Positions 13,400 to 27,169 are shown, counted from the stretch's first letter. The stretch is 64,000 nt of DNA from the human T2T-CHM13v2.0 reference genome, Homo sapiens (GCF_009914755.1 NC_060933.1); one strand, 5' to 3'. Notes: generated by a model not told the origin, from the letters alone. Made by a program: numbers and translations.

Positions 13400-15004
13400 A
13401 TGTTGTTTTCTTTTTTAATAAAATATAATGCAAAATAACTAGTTGAGACTGAGCATTAACATGAAGAGATTGGAGGCTTGAGGAGAACAAAAAAGGTAGA
13501 AAATGTCATCTAGAGGAGTGGGAGAGCCGCTGAGCCAGGGGTCAGTGTTATGATGTCCTGGCAGTATCAAGGACAAACTTAAGTCTGATTTGCATTTAAA
13601 TATTGCATGACTTTTGTAGATACTAGAGTTCAGGGATCTCTGCTTAAAGAACTCTCAGCTGCAAGAGCTAAATATAGAGATTTTGGGGGCATTCAGAGGT
13701 CTCACACAGAGTATCCAAAAGAAAGAAAAAAATGCATAAAGGGGAACAAACTCTAGGTAATATGGGTGTTTTTCTGAATCACCTAAGTAATTGCAGACAA
13801 GCAGAGGAAGACCTCGAGTCTTTCTTTAGAAGAAAGAAGGCTGGAATAATAGGCACTTCTTCAAACCTTGAATCTCATGTTTAAGTATGCACAACACATT
13901 TTAATTATCATCACTATTATACCATGCATCACCATGCTGCATTGTAACAAGAGGTAATAGGATGCATTGTCCCTTTCTTACATTAAACGTGTCAAGTACC
14001 ATAAATAGGACAATTGACATAATTGCTGTAAATCCCCGGGTGTGTATGTGTGTGGGTGGTAGTGGGGGAAATGATCACCCAGCCCTCACTCACAATATTC
14101 TAGGATGAAGTTACATAATTGCATCTAAAAATGGTATGTCACCATTAAATGTACTCACAGTTCTTGCCTCTGGCGCACCACCACCCTCACTCCTCTTTTC
14201 TGGGGAGGAGGGGTTGCTACCGTTTTCATTATATTCCTGTAAATCTTCCCTATATTCCGTGGGCTGACTGGAGACAAAAAGTAGGGCTGATATTATTGGA
14301 AGCGAGCTCATTAGTTAGTTAAAATAAACCTTATTTAATTACCTTTGGATGAGGAATGGGATAGGACATTTCACATTTTCATGACAATACAGAAATTGAA
14401 ATTAAACATCATCTAAAATAATTATATTCCAGAACATGTCTTGACATACTGGAGGAAGAAGGGCAGGATCAGCCATCTGACAGGGATTTCAGCTGCAGTT
14501 TATGTAGAAAGACATTGCGAACTTGTTATAGTATCTCACAATTTTTTAAAAAATCACCTTGAAACAATCACAGAGGGAGATGTACGTAGTAGAAACACCA
14601 CCATCTCCCTAGCCAAAAACATGAGGTAGAAGATGAAGAAATTTTGGTTATCTTCGAAATGGAGAAGGGTAACTAAAGCCATTGGGAGCTGAGATCCGTA
14701 GTACAGTCCCAGAGTCACTCCCATTATCCCATAAAACTCATCTAAACAGACCATTCTAATCTGCAAGATGGCAGAGAACAGTCATAGAACATGCATTTCT
14801 AACTTGTGTTTTGCCTTGCACTGGTGGATTACACTCTATTTTTCCTTAACATTGCTACCAGAAGTGTCTTTTTATGAAAATTGTGTTAATACTCCATTAG
14901 GCTAAGCTTCATCCTAAATTTTTTTCTCTCTAAAAGCTGCCAGCATTTTGAAAACATTTTGAACATATGCATTTAGAATTCTTGTGCTCACGTCAATTCA
15001 TTTT

Positions 15005-15460
15005 CCATAAAGCATCTAGAATGATTCTTCCAAAAGTTTAAGATGAATCCTGCCGCTCCTTTGCTAAATAAATTTTATTATCTTCCCATTGCATTAGGAA
15101 AACGTTCAAATTTGGTAGCATGTTTTAAAAGGCTTTAAAAAAAATGCTTCTTGGCTTTTTGGCTAAGATCAAATGTAAAATGCTCCTTTTGATCTGGCTC
15201 CTGCCTAAGGTATAAACCTCATTGCATATTATCTTTTCCACCCATTCCCCCCAATACCTACCTGAACTCCTTGGTCCCTCACCTTTTTATTTACATTTTC
15301 CAAGTTAACCATATTATCTGCCATGAGGTCAAGATAGAGGCTCTTACATCTGTCCAGGGACATTCCCTCTGCATGCGTAAATTATATTGCCTGGCTAACT
15401 CCTTCTATTCTTCTGGTGTTTATTAACTATCACTTTCTTTGAGAAAGTCTTCAATGCCTA
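15005..15460 (+). mobile_element. L2 fragment, host of the U2 retrocopy
   Basis: CTTCCCATTGC...AAGGCTTT [insert] GATCTGGCTCCTGCCT and GCCTGGCTAACTCCT match the L2 3' region. Confidence 0.7.
15144..15177 (+). pseudogene. U2 snRNA 5'-fragment retropseudogene (tailless, about 35 nt)
   Basis: ATGCTTCTTGGCTTTTTGGCTAAGATCAAATGTA versus U2 nt 1-35 ATCGCTTCTCGGCCTTTTGGCTAAGATCAAGTGTA. Flanked by AAAATGCT at 15141-15148 and 15177-15184. Confidence 0.9.
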
Positions 15461-15559
15461 CTGCTCAACTCACATACAGGCGATTTAGATATTCCAAACA
15501 GGGGCTAGCATAACCTCTGCTTCCACTGCCTGAGCCTTCTTTCCCATTGCAGTCAATGA

Positions 15560-16291
15560 CACCCTCATCTGTGTTTAAGTCAGAAATCTGGAAATCATCC
15601 CTTTTCCTTACTTCCTTACTTCCCCTCCCTGTTTTATTTGGTTCCAAAACAATCCTTTGGCCAGTGATCTTCCTCTGCTTTTAAAATAGATATCCTGTAT
15701 TTATCCAGTTTTCTCCACTTTCACCTTGGCCATCCTAGCCCAAACAATCATTTCCTTTCACGATGATTACTACTTAGCCTCTCAGCTGACCTCTCTGCTC
15801 CATTCCTGGAAAACTACAGCCTATTCTCCATCGGTAGGAAAGATTCCTTGAAAATATGAATGCGATTTTGTTACTCTCCCTGCTTAAAACATCTTGGTAG
15901 CTTCTTATTGGACAGTGAGGAAAGTCCAAACTCCTTGTGAAAATCTTTAAGATATTATGAAAACTGGACCCTGTCTACCTCCTGGCTCCCTGGTCAGTGT
16001 TGGATTTGGCTAGCTACTTCTCATCACTCAAAAATCAATTTAATTGGCATCTCTTCATCAAGCCCTTTGTTACTACTCTTCCCACTATCTACCTACTCAT
16101 TGTCCCCTAGTCCTGCTCTTTTTCACCCCATAAAAGTATAAATTTTGTAATTTTTATTTTTCTGTCTAATCACCACAATGTAAGTGTCATGAGGGTGGGG
16201 AATATCTATAACTTGTTGACCACTGTTTCCTCATAGTCTAGTCCAGTGCTTAACGCAGAGTAAGTGCTCAGTATTCATTGAATAAATGAAT
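15560..16291 (+). mobile_element. L2 fragment including the 3' end
   Basis: AAGTCAGAAATCTGGAAATCATCC, then CCTGCTTAAAAC, ending AGTAAGTGCTCAGTATTCATTGAATAAATGAA. Confidence 0.8.
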
Positions 16292-16651
16292 AGCACCTAC
16301 TTCATATAATGATAATTACTTTTTAATTGTTTTCCACTCAGATATACTCTTTGGGGGCATAATCGGAGTAGTCTCAACATCACCTTGACACATTATCTGG
16401 TAAATTGTGATTATTTTTAACTTTTTATTGACTGATTAACTCAACTGCTTATAAAACAACATTTGTCCATCTTTTTACCCACAAATCTTATATAACAGTT
16501 ATTTGATAAATATTTTTAGATGGATAAACACAGGCAGCTTTAAATTTCTGTAAGGATTTAAAAGTGAAGAAGAAAAAAGGCCCTGTTGAAAAAGACATTA
16601 GGGGGCTATACATTCTGTATTCCATCCTGGAAGCTCTCATTGCAGATCATC

Positions 16652-16653
<2 letters not shown>

Positions 16654-16682
<29 letters not shown>

Positions 16683-16962
16683 GAGATGGAGTTTCACTCT
16701 GTCGCCCAGACTGGAGTGCAGTAGTACAATCTGGGCTCACTGTGACCTCCACCTCCCAGATTCAAGCGATTCTCATGCCTCAGCCTCCTGAGTAGGTGGG
16801 ACTACAGGAGCACACCATCACTACTGGCTCATTTTTGTCTTTTTAGTAGAGAAAGAGTTTCACCATGTTGGCCAGGTTGGTCTCGAACTCCTGACCTCAG
16901 GTGATCTGCCCACCTCAGTCTCCCAAAGTCTCGGGATTACAGGTGTGAGCCACTGTGCCCAG
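16654..16962 (-). mobile_element. AluS-like SINE with TSD
   Basis: Full dimer with CCTGACCTCAGGTGATC. TSD TGCAGAT(C/A)ATCTT at 16641-16653 and 16963-16975. Confidence 0.95.
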
Positions 16963-17109
16963 TGCAGATAATCTTAATTAAGCCTGTTGAACTTGAAGTA
17001 ACTCAGCCTCCTAAACTTATTTCATCGAGCATTTCTTCCTACTTAAGTCTTAAATTATGAGAAAGATGCTTTGTAAGAACTATTGAAGAGAAAAGAACAA
17101 GGGACTTGA

Positions 17110-17300
17110 GGAAGAAGATGGTGATTTAAATATTACCTCTGCCAATTACTGTTCATAAGACTTAAAAGAAATTACTTAATCTCTCTGCAGCTTACTCTTC
17201 GCATCTTTCAAATGGGTGTAATGATGCCTTTCTGTCAGCCTTATCATGTTAGCAAGGTGGTGTGTTAGTGCCCGTAACACAGCAGGCACACAGTAGAGGT
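17110..17300 (+). mobile_element. MIR SINE
   Basis: CTCTGCCAATTACTG...TTACTTAATCTCTCTGCAGC...CATCTTTCAAATGGG. Confidence 0.65.
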
Positions 17301-18689
17301 GTCTCTCACTTTGTAGCTCCCAACCAGCCTACTCTCATCCAAAATGTATGAAATAATTTTGTTGTCATTTTTGTGGTTTTCTTTTACTACAATAGTAAAG
17401 GAGACTTGGCCGTGACTCTAAGTTCCTTTGTCTACAACAGCTGTTCTCCATGGAGTCAGAGATCATTAATAGTTGATTTTGACCATATACATACTAGCAG
17501 CAGTCAAGATACAATTCTTCAGTCTTCCCTGGAACTGCAGATGGCCACAGAACCGTTTGTGCCTTGGAGCCTAAGTCATTCTTAGAAACAATATGGAAAG
17601 AAATGACCATTTGCTACCTAACATATAAGCTTTATGCTGATGGAAAATACTGAAATCTTCCCAATTTATTCTTTTTCTTTATGGATATTTGTACTGTTAT
17701 TTTCTTTAATGTTCTAGAAAGAAGGCCACCTTGATGACCTTTTTTAACATGATAATAACTTATATTCATATAGTGCCATATATTATTTCTACTACAGAGC
17801 TACTTCCATTCATTCCAAATGACATTTATGAACCACCATGTGTCAGTCACTAGGGATGTGAGGGAGATTTTGATGAAGGATCAGCTCACAAGAGATCATG
17901 CAGAAGTATATGGTCACTAAACACTGAAATCCAGACCAGCTCCTGTTCAACTTTCGGGCACATTAGATATAAGCCATGGTCCCCATTTTAAAGCTGAGAA
18001 AACTCATCTAGAGAGTGGATAAATAGCTTACTCAAAGTGACTCATAATTGCTTTCTATCATGATTTCAATACTTAAACCTCACTGACTCATACTACTAAG
18101 AGAAAATTAAACAAATAAAACATGTAAATTGATGAGTCTTTTAAAATAAATATATCTGTCTATTTCATATGGAGAAAAAAGCATAAATGGTTACATAATT
18201 TTTGATAAATAGACAAGACATATAATTACCACAGTTCACAGGACTTTAAAATCACTTCATTAGAATTTCTAAAACCATCTTAAATAGTTTGACCCTGGGT
18301 GGGGGGAAAGTCCTTATAGTGTTAATCTGCTAATACGTTTTTCCTTTTGCCTGACTTCATGTTCTCTTTCTGATAATCCATGCTTTAATCATACCAGATT
18401 GTTATATTTTCCATAATAATTTATATTCTTTACTGTGCCTTGAATCTCCTTGTTTTCTTGAATACCGGGGATATGATACTCATTCTATAAGATTTTGTCA
18501 GATAGGAACTCCTCTCCTGATTTCTTCAGATAGAATTAGTTAGAAACTAATTTATGATCTCACAACACTATGTGAATATTTCTACTACAGCTTTTTAATA
18601 CATGATGCAACAATTATTTCCTTATGTGTCTGTGTTAAGTATATAATCCCTGACTTGTCTATCATCCTCATTATGGACAAGAACAGTAC

Positions 18690-18900
18690 AAATAATAGTT
18701 ACAATATGTTAAAGCCTTATTACATGACTGTGTTACAGACTTTACAAGAATTATTTTATGATAACAATTCGCTGCTATTATATCCATTTTCCAAGTGAAA
18801 AAAAACAGATTCAGCCAAGTTCACAGAAATATGAACATGACAGTCACAGAATTTAAATCCAGATCATCCTGACTTTACAGCCTAGAGACTCTTTAATTAT
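18690..18900 (-). mobile_element. MIR SINE
   Basis: CTATTATATCCATTTTCCAAGTGAA...AGAATTTAAATCCAGATCATCCTGAC. Confidence 0.65.
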
Positions 18901-19394
18901 TACATCAGAGCCTATCTCTGTACTTGACACTCAGGCTTGTACCTAAATATTTTTTGAGTTGCATTAAAAATTAAACTTAAAGATTGGATGGGGATGCACT
19001 TTCATCTAGCTAAAGTCAAATAAATACACATTGCAAATTAGTGAGGCCCAGATTAATGAGGCCCAGGCAGAGTTCTGGTGGTGGTGCTAGCAGATGTTAT
19101 TATGATCTATTATTATAGCTAATAATCATCATAATTACAGTCTGAACTATGTGTCTTGGTTACATAATTTTCTCTGACTCATCACAGTGCACTAAACTGG
19201 ACAAAGATATGGTGTTATCTGCTGTGTGTGGTTGCAGTTGTATTAGACAACTTGAATAGTTGAGGGGAAAATTAAATGTCTTGCATCCAGCTCTATTTTA
19301 TGTTGACCTAAAGTGAAATAAAACCAATAAGGAAGATGTCTCTTTAGCAATTGTTGAGGCATCCGTTAGAATCATGCTATCTAGGGAAAGAAAC

Positions 19395-19515
19395 ATTTAC
19401 ATTTATTTAGCACCTACAATGTACTAAATGATTTATCTCATTTAATTCTCTAAGAGATTAGGAGGGCTAGTGATTATCATTGTTATTGTGTAAAATGAGG
19501 ACACTATGACTCAAA
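19395..19515 (-). mobile_element. MIR SINE fragment
   Basis: ACATTTATTTAGCACCTAC...ATCTCATTTAATTCTC...AAATGAGGACAC. Confidence 0.6.
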
Positions 19516-20003
19516 AGTAAACAGTTGTAAGGTCAGTGGGGAAAAGGATAGACACTAGGTGGGGAAAATTGACAGGAAAATACTGCAGTGATACGGACAA
19601 AGGAGCCTGTCCTTGCACTTCCGTGATGGCAGAACATAGTAACATGATTGGAGCAGAGTTTTAGGTCCCAAGTGATGGAGCCTTGATTACCAGTGGGCCA
19701 GGTCACCATAGGTCTATGAAGGGACTTCTCTCGCTTTTGCCTCCCTTGGACCAGCTAATGCAAAGCCTGGTAACTTAATGCTTATTTACTATTCTCTGTT
19801 TTCTTTTATTCACACACTTCAAGATATTATTTTCTTTGTGTGATCACCAGTGTTGGAAAAATTAGTTTAGAGAAAAGAGGGAGAGATTTTAATTTTGAAC
19901 TTTAGGCTAAATGATATGACATTGCTTAATTCACAAAGGAGTACATCTTTAAAGATTACTTTTAATGAGCTAATAATTACATTGTTGCCCAGTGTCCCGT
20001 TTT

Positions 20004-20048
20004 CTATATACACACACACACACACACACAAATGCACACACACACACA
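20004..20048. repeat. (TA)n(CA)n microsatellite
   Basis: Read directly. Confidence 0.9.
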
Positions 20049-20321
20049 ATCTTTGGAATGGAATTTTTTTAAGACAGAGATTACTGGTTCAAAGCAGAAT
20101 GCACATGCTCTTGGATCTTCTAGCAAAATAGCATCTAAAAGTACAGTAAATCTCACCCTAGCACCTCTAATATAGTCAATCTTCTCAAAGGCTGCAATTG
20201 GAAATATCACATTCAGGTGAATTCAAACTACCTACTCTTCTCTTTCAATAATAATAATAACTAATTGTGTCTCATGCCTACTCATTCCTAGACATGAGGA
20301 AATTGCACTGGAAATATGTTC

Positions 20322-20800
20322 ACGGGGATTCTTTAGATTACAAGGGACAGAATCGCAACTTAAGCTGACCTAGGCAAAGTAGACAATTCATTGGAAAAAT
20401 AACAGACTCAAACAGAAATCTGGACAGGCAAACCACAGGGAAGAAGTAGATAAAACTAAGTGTCAACAAAATTCAGGGACCTTACTCCCAATAGGCCTCT
20501 ATATCTCGTCTATGCTTTTTTTGGTATATTGTCTTTACTCTCTCTCATTGCAGAACAGCTACCTCAACATTGTAAAAAAATAAAATAAAATTGTAGGAGT
20601 TGACAGCTCTCTAGTATCCCATCTAATAATTCCCAGAACAAGAAAAGGGAAAATTCTCGTTTTGATACAATTTGAAAATAAATGCCCTAGAAAGGGCTCT
20701 GTTGTTTAGCAAAGTTTGGGTTGGATGACCATCCCTGTACCAATCAATGTAACCAGTGGTTAAAGGATGGAGTAAAACCTTCTAATAATAGGTCTTTGTG
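20322..20800 (-). mobile_element. Old MLT1 (MLT1J/K-like) LTR
   Basis: GGATTCTTTAGATTACAAGGGACAGAATCGCAACT at the start and CCATCCCTGTACCAATCA at 20729-20746. Confidence 0.6.
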
Positions 20801-21698
20801 CAAACATACAGTTTGAATGGCAGAAGAAACAAATCCTTCAGGAGGCTTCCAAGGTATTCCAAGAAGGGTGAGGTGATTTGTTCCCAAGATACAGAGTAAA
20901 AATGGTAGGTAAGAAGCTAGAATCTAAGGCTTTTTCTTTCAAAGCAAATGCGTTCTTTTCTACTTCATGCAATTATTACCATCCAAAGAATCACTTCACC
21001 ATTTTACGAGGTTAATCTCACCAATTTGTCCTTCACATAGTAACCTTATCTGCACCTCCATGCCGTCATCAGTTTGGTCTTTTATTCTTCTTGGTCCATG
21101 GGTCTTTATATTTTTCAAGATGTCATTCATGCAGAGTAAACCCATTAAGGGTCCCCTTGTCCTCCAATATTCTAAAGCACATATATTTTACTTATATCAT
21201 TTTTTGTGGTTTTATATTAATTTGAATTCCTTATTATTGTGTGCCTGTGGATGCACCCTTTTTCCCCTTTTCTTTCTCCAAGCTGATTATAAGCCTTTTG
21301 AAGTCAAGGAATGCATCTTGAATGCCCATATTCAAAACAAGATTTTAGTATGAGACTGACCTTATAAGATTTATACAGTTAGTAAAATTAAATTTAACAA
21401 TTATTCATAGTACACTTATTATAAACAAATCACTGTTCTAAGCACTGGATTAATTGCTTGTGTTGTTGTTGTTGTTTGTTTGCAGATGGACATCATAGCT
21501 TACAGAAGAGTGATCATCATATATAGAAGAATTATGATCCACTCTTTCGTTTTTCTCCCCCAACTCTGTCCTCACTTCCTAACTTGCATACCATAGCCTA
21601 GTCACACCAAATGTCTCATTAGTTCATGAATATGTGGTGGTTTTGAAGCTTTCAAACAGTGAGCATGTAATTTTCTCTGCCTGGAATGCTTTTCATAT

Positions 21699-22022
<324 letters not shown>

Positions 22023-22939
22023 TAAGGTTAACATTGACCTTAGTAAACTTCCCCAAATCAGAGTATGGCTCTTTCCCCTACTAAGCTTCACTGATCACCA
22101 CCTTGGCATACAGTAGGCTCCCATTACACTACATATGTATGTATCTATCGCATCCCACTCTTTTACTGTTACTATTTGAAAAAGAGGGGCTGTAGAAACA
22201 AGGATTCTTTTTCCTGGCATGTATGAAAAACTGGGCAAGGGAACAGCAGCCAACTGCAGTTCGGCCCAGAATGCTCTCAGCCACCATCTTGTAATTGAAA
22301 AGTGTCACTCTGAGGGGAAATGGCCACTCAAGGTAGCAGCTGGAGCAGGCTGGTGTTTATCACACTACATCTTGCTATTTTTTAGACTAGTTCCTGCTGA
22401 ACTTTTCCCCTTCCTTCTGATAGCTTCTCTGCTGTTTACCAACACCGTGGGGAATCAGTATGGCTATTTTGTTATTGAAATATGTTATCTGGGCTTTTTT
22501 TCTTTTTGCTTTCTTTTTCTTGGGGGGAGAGAAAATAATCATGGAGTAGAAACCAAAGAATTTGATCCAATCAAAATATTCCCAAGATGGCAATAATTTG
22601 TTTCTAAGCACAGAGCTGCAGTGTATTTTATTTCTAATAACAACCTGTAATATAGATTTTTTTTCGAGGTTGTTTTTGTTTATAGCCCTGGTGATAGAAG
22701 TTATTATAATCGTCTGGCTGAAATGGGTGAGGGAGGATAGGACTATTAAGCCAACAGGAAGCCAAGGGCTTTGCGACTTCAATACTTCAAAGCCTAAGAA
22801 TGCTGTATGCATCTGTCCACGTGCTTTTCAGTCAGAAAAGGCCATTGTCTGCTTTGCTTGGAATCAACTTTGACTTTCCATTTTTCACGCCTTGCCCTGA
22901 AACATAATATTGGTCTCTTGGCGCCACCTAACAGGAGCT

Positions 22940-23130
22940 ATCAGACATGGATTCAAGTTCTGCTCCCTAACTTTCTAGCTAGATGACCCTAAGTAAGTCT
23001 TTCGATGTCTATTAGTGTTTCTCTTTTCTTATTTTGAAAATGATACCTAGCTCACAGGGAAATCAACAATGGGAGGATTGCTCAAAGTGTCAGATGAAAT
23101 AATGAATGTTAAAATGTTTGGTAAGACTGA
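22940..23130 (+). mobile_element. MIR SINE
   Basis: CAGACATGGATTCAAGTTCTGCTC...CTAGCTAGATGACCCTAAGTAAGT. Confidence 0.65.
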
Positions 23131-23747
23131 GTATTAAACAAAGAGTTTTAAGATGCTTTTGCTCATTATTGAACAGTTTTTCATATGATTACAGATGCTA
23201 TTGTTCCTATATATATATTTATGTATAGATATAGATATAGATATGGGGAGAGAGAGAGAGAGAGCCAAATGCTCATTCTACTCTTATTTTTTACACTTCA
23301 TCTACTCTTTGTCATTGTCCTTCCAAAATAGATATCATTTCTTTGAGGAGATAAGTTTCTGGCTTGAGCCAAACCGATCTCTTTATAGAAAACTGAAAAT
23401 CTCGTGAATTCCTCTACGTTTAATATTTGTCCACACCATTTGTGTCTCCTGCTATACCTTCTTCATATTCTTCTACCTAAATCATTCCAATCCTCGTATA
23501 TTTAGGTAAACTCCACTCATGTTTGTTATTTTTTTATTCTTTCTCACAGTCATTCCTGATTATTTTCCTCCTAGAGCCACACTTTAATAGTTTTCTAATC
23601 ATCTGTAACATATAAAGAGGTGGACTTAATCTTCATTATTTTTTACTGTTAGTTATCTTTGCACATATTCATGCCATACATCCTCATGAACTTCATAGGC
23701 TGGGTCAGCATTAGCTTTTGGATTCTTTGTACATCATAGAGGCCAAA

Positions 23748-23882
23748 AGATGAAGATGAGGAGGAAAAGTATAAGGATGATGGTATGATAAAGATAGTAA
23801 TGATGATGATAATTATCTGAGTGATGATAGTGTCAACGATGACAATGATGACACCGTTGCTGATGGTGATTATGATGATGAT
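23748..23882. repeat. Degenerate (GAT)n low-complexity tract
   Basis: GATGATGGTATGATAAAGATAGTAATGATGATGAT and similar units. Confidence 0.8.
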
Positions 23883-24249
23883 TCTAAAACCTGCCAACTT
23901 TAGGTCCTGAGTAGTAATGGACCAGTAGAAGTCTGAGAAGTCCAGATTATATCCACAGAAAACATAGATGACGGATTGTTCAGTTAGTGTAGAAAGAAGG
24001 AATGTGTAGGTACTAAGAATCCAGACAGTGCAAACCAGGTCAGAGCTTGTGTAATCTAATGGACTCTGGAGTAAAGGATGCTTAAACTATTGCCACATAG
24101 TCTGGTAGAAAAGAGAATTCAGAAGGAACCAGGCAGAAGAGGGGTTTGGAGCATAGGTCTGATTATTGAAGCAGTTTTCAGCAATAAATCTGGAAAGAGA
24201 AGTCATGTGATTTGAGATCGCATCTCTTCACTTTAAGGTGATAAACGTG

Positions 24250-24450
24250 GATTTGGGAAGTGGACAGGACTGAGTCAGGTCTTAGTTTTACCTATTACCA
24301 ATCATTTGACCTTTGTTACTTAATGCCCGTACGTGTTTGCTTCTTCTGTTTAATGGGGTAACTCAGAATTGCTATACAGATTAAAAGAATTAATGTTTGT
24401 AAACTGCTTCTTATGGTGCTTGGCATATTGTAAATTTTCAATTATGGTAG
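24250..24450 (+). mobile_element. MIR SINE
   Basis: TGACCTTTGTTACTTAAT...GTGCTTGGCATATTGTAA. Confidence 0.6.
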
Positions 24451-25139
24451 ACAAATATAATAAGGATATTTCAGGGGTTGAGGAAGCATATTGAGACCCT
24501 GCAGCTGGTGCTCATAGAGAGACAGGCAGCAGAGATTCTATTTTTAAGAGAGATACAATGGTTTACAACAGGTTGTCGAGGAATTCGGAAGCATGGTCCC
24601 TAATCTTCAACCAATGGATAGCATAGCAGGGTTCCAGGACCATAATTGAATGGGTTGAGTCAGAGAGCAGGATTAAGGTCCGCCATTTGATTGAATTGCC
24701 AGGCAGGGAGACTGAGGCAGCATCCCAGGCATACAAATGGAATCAAGACAGCAGGGAAAATCAGGAAAAAATTACTCTGCACCCAGGTTTGGGGAGTGTA
24801 TCCTAAGCGGCAAATACCAGGTGGATATTTAAAGCAGCAGGATTCATTCCCATGTCACACACTCTTATGGGCCTGAAGCTAGTATACCATCTGCCCTGTC
24901 AGACTGGCTCAGAAATTGATGAAGCTAGGTTTACAAATGAAAGCCATGTTTCCAATTGTGATGCCATAAGGAAGGTGGAAAGATGAAAATTGTATAGATG
25001 TGCAGTCAAAGTACCAGGCTAATTATATCCCCTGAGGTTTGGGCCAGATATGGGGGTCCTTGGAAAAGTGGAATAAAAACATATAGGAGCAATTGGCATA
25101 TGCCATGGAGAATACACATGGGAAGATGCACCAAAGACC

Positions 25140-25500
25140 CACTCAGTGGGTCTGAGACTCTTACGTTGAATCTTGAAAGTTATTAGCTGTGCAATCTTGA
25201 GAAAGCAGCTTTAGCCTTCTAGACCCACTTTGTCTTTACCTATAATACTAAAAATAGCTGTCTTATTGAGCAGTGACCAGATACCAAGCTTATATTGCAA
25301 AAGGCCTCACATGCACTATCTTATTTCAATCCCATAACAACTTATGAGAGACAAAACATTATTTTCTCAATCTTCAAATGAGTCTGATGAAGGCTCGATG
25401 TACAACTAAATAAGGGTCACAGAGCAAAGAAGGGTTGAAGCCTGGATTTCAGTTTGGGTCTGTTTGACTCCAGATCATCAGATCTTAATTTCTATACTTA
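25140..25500. mobile_element. Two adjacent MIR fragments (plus strand 25140-25250, minus strand 25260-25500)
   Basis: TTAGCTGTGCAATCTTGAGAAAG, then CTTATTGAGC...GCCTGGATTTCAGTTTGGGTCTGTTTGACTCCAGA. Confidence 0.65.
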
Positions 25501-25726
25501 CAGCAGAATCCAATGTTGTATGATTTTTTTTTCCATGACATGGCCTGGTGACATCTCACATGTAGTAAGTATGTAGGGTGTTTTTGCTAAGTGAGCTTAA
25601 AAAGATAACATATTTAAGCAGCAAATCAAGACTAGCATCTCAGACTTTAGTGTTTGTTGACGAGCCTATACATGAGTCCAGTGATGCTGTATTTTCTATA
25701 GAGAAGCAACTCTTTTTCCTTTATGC

Positions 25727-25935
25727 TAGTATTTCTCAATGGCACTACCATTGACATATTAATTATTTATTGTGAGGGGCTGTCCTGTGCATCGTAGGGT
25801 ATTGAGTAGCATCCTTGGTCTTCAATCTCTAGATGAGAGTAGCGCTCACTTTTAGCCCCAGTTGAGACAATAAAAAATGCCTCCCAACATTGCCAAATGT
25901 ATTCCAGGAGCAACACTTCCCAGGCTGATAATAAT
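25727..25935 (-). mobile_element. MER20 (hAT-Charlie MITE)
   Basis: GGGGCTGTCCTGTGCATCGTAGG...AGCATCCTTGG...CAACATTGCCAAATGT. Confidence 0.85.
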
Positions 25936-26139
25936 TCTTCCTAATTTATTACTAGATTTTAGTATCAGCATGGAAGGCAGGCTGAGTATCTTCTCTTTAG
26001 ATTAAAAAGTCACTGCAGGGGTGGGTGGTTTGTCAACATAGTGTACAGAGAACTCTAGGTCCTTTATGTCATTTGACATCAGACCCTCAAAACTGAAGTC
26101 TGCTATAAAGTGTAGTCTGTGCTGCTTTAGCTCAAATGT

Positions 26140-26290
26140 GACAGGTAATAGCACAGAACCTGGTCGGCCCAATATAAGTCCAAATCCCAACTCCACCATT
26201 CATTTGCTAACTCTGTGAATTTGGCCAAGTTTCCTAACCTCTCAGAACCTCATTTTACTCATCTTTAAACATAAGGATTATAATACAATT
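26140..26290 (+). mobile_element. MIR SINE
   Basis: AAATCCCAACTCCACCATT...TTGGCCAAGTTTCCTAACCTCTCAGAACCTCA. Confidence 0.75.
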
Positions 26291-26489
26291 TATTTCAAGA
26301 AGTCATCTATAAAATGGAGAAAATGGTGGGATGAATCTCGTAAAGACACGATAATTTAATCTTTGTACAGCATAGTGTTAAAAAAAAGAATAAGCTGAAT
26401 GAATGTGAACTGTTACTTTTAACAATGTCCCGGCCTTATTCAATAATCGGTTGCATTTTCTTTCTGCCAACTGGACTGCTAATGTGATT

Positions 26490-26620
26490 AGATGGTAAGC
26501 TCTTTTGAACAGAAGCCATATCAAAGCTGTTTACTGCTGAGTCTCTAATTCCTAGGTCAGTGCATGGAATATAATAGGTGCTCAGTAAATATTTGATGAA
26601 TGAATAAATGGATTGAATAA
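26490..26620 (+). mobile_element. L2 3' end
   Basis: TAGGTGCTCAGTAAATATTTGATGAATGAATAAATG. Confidence 0.75.
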
Positions 26621-27169
26621 CGAACTAATATTCTAAGAAGAATCAAATGTTATCAGTATCATTAAGGGTTCATTATTTCAAGAGCACTAATTGTAATGCC
26701 AATGGGTTGAGTGGAAATGGGAGGAAAATAATATTTATTTTAATAAATATGGAAAGATGGAATCTATACACCAGTTAGATTTTGAAACCGTGTAAAACTT
26801 AATTTGAATACAAAAGTTGATTCAGTTGGCCTTCCCCTTACCTGAACACAAGGCAGATCGTTATTGAAACATATACTTCCAGGAGCAGAAGAATAATGAG
26901 CTGCCTGCTGCAATACAACTCCCATGAAGGAGAGCCAAGGTGGTCCCAGGAGAGATACCTTTCTTCGCTGGGTAGAGTGGATGCAGCTGTATTGATTATG
27001 AGAGAAGAACAAAAAAATGATGTTGGGCATAGACAAGAGAGGAATGATTCCATCTATGGAGATCTGAGCCGGCTTTTGTAGGGAAGGTGGCATCTGACAT
27101 TAGCTCTTCTCCAGCGTTGAGACAGGAATCCATACATTTAGAAATAGACAGATATTTATAACAAAGATT

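Noticed and set aside
23649-23897. Ile-rich hydrophobic ORF
   Set aside because: It is the reverse translation of a degenerate (GAT)n tract.
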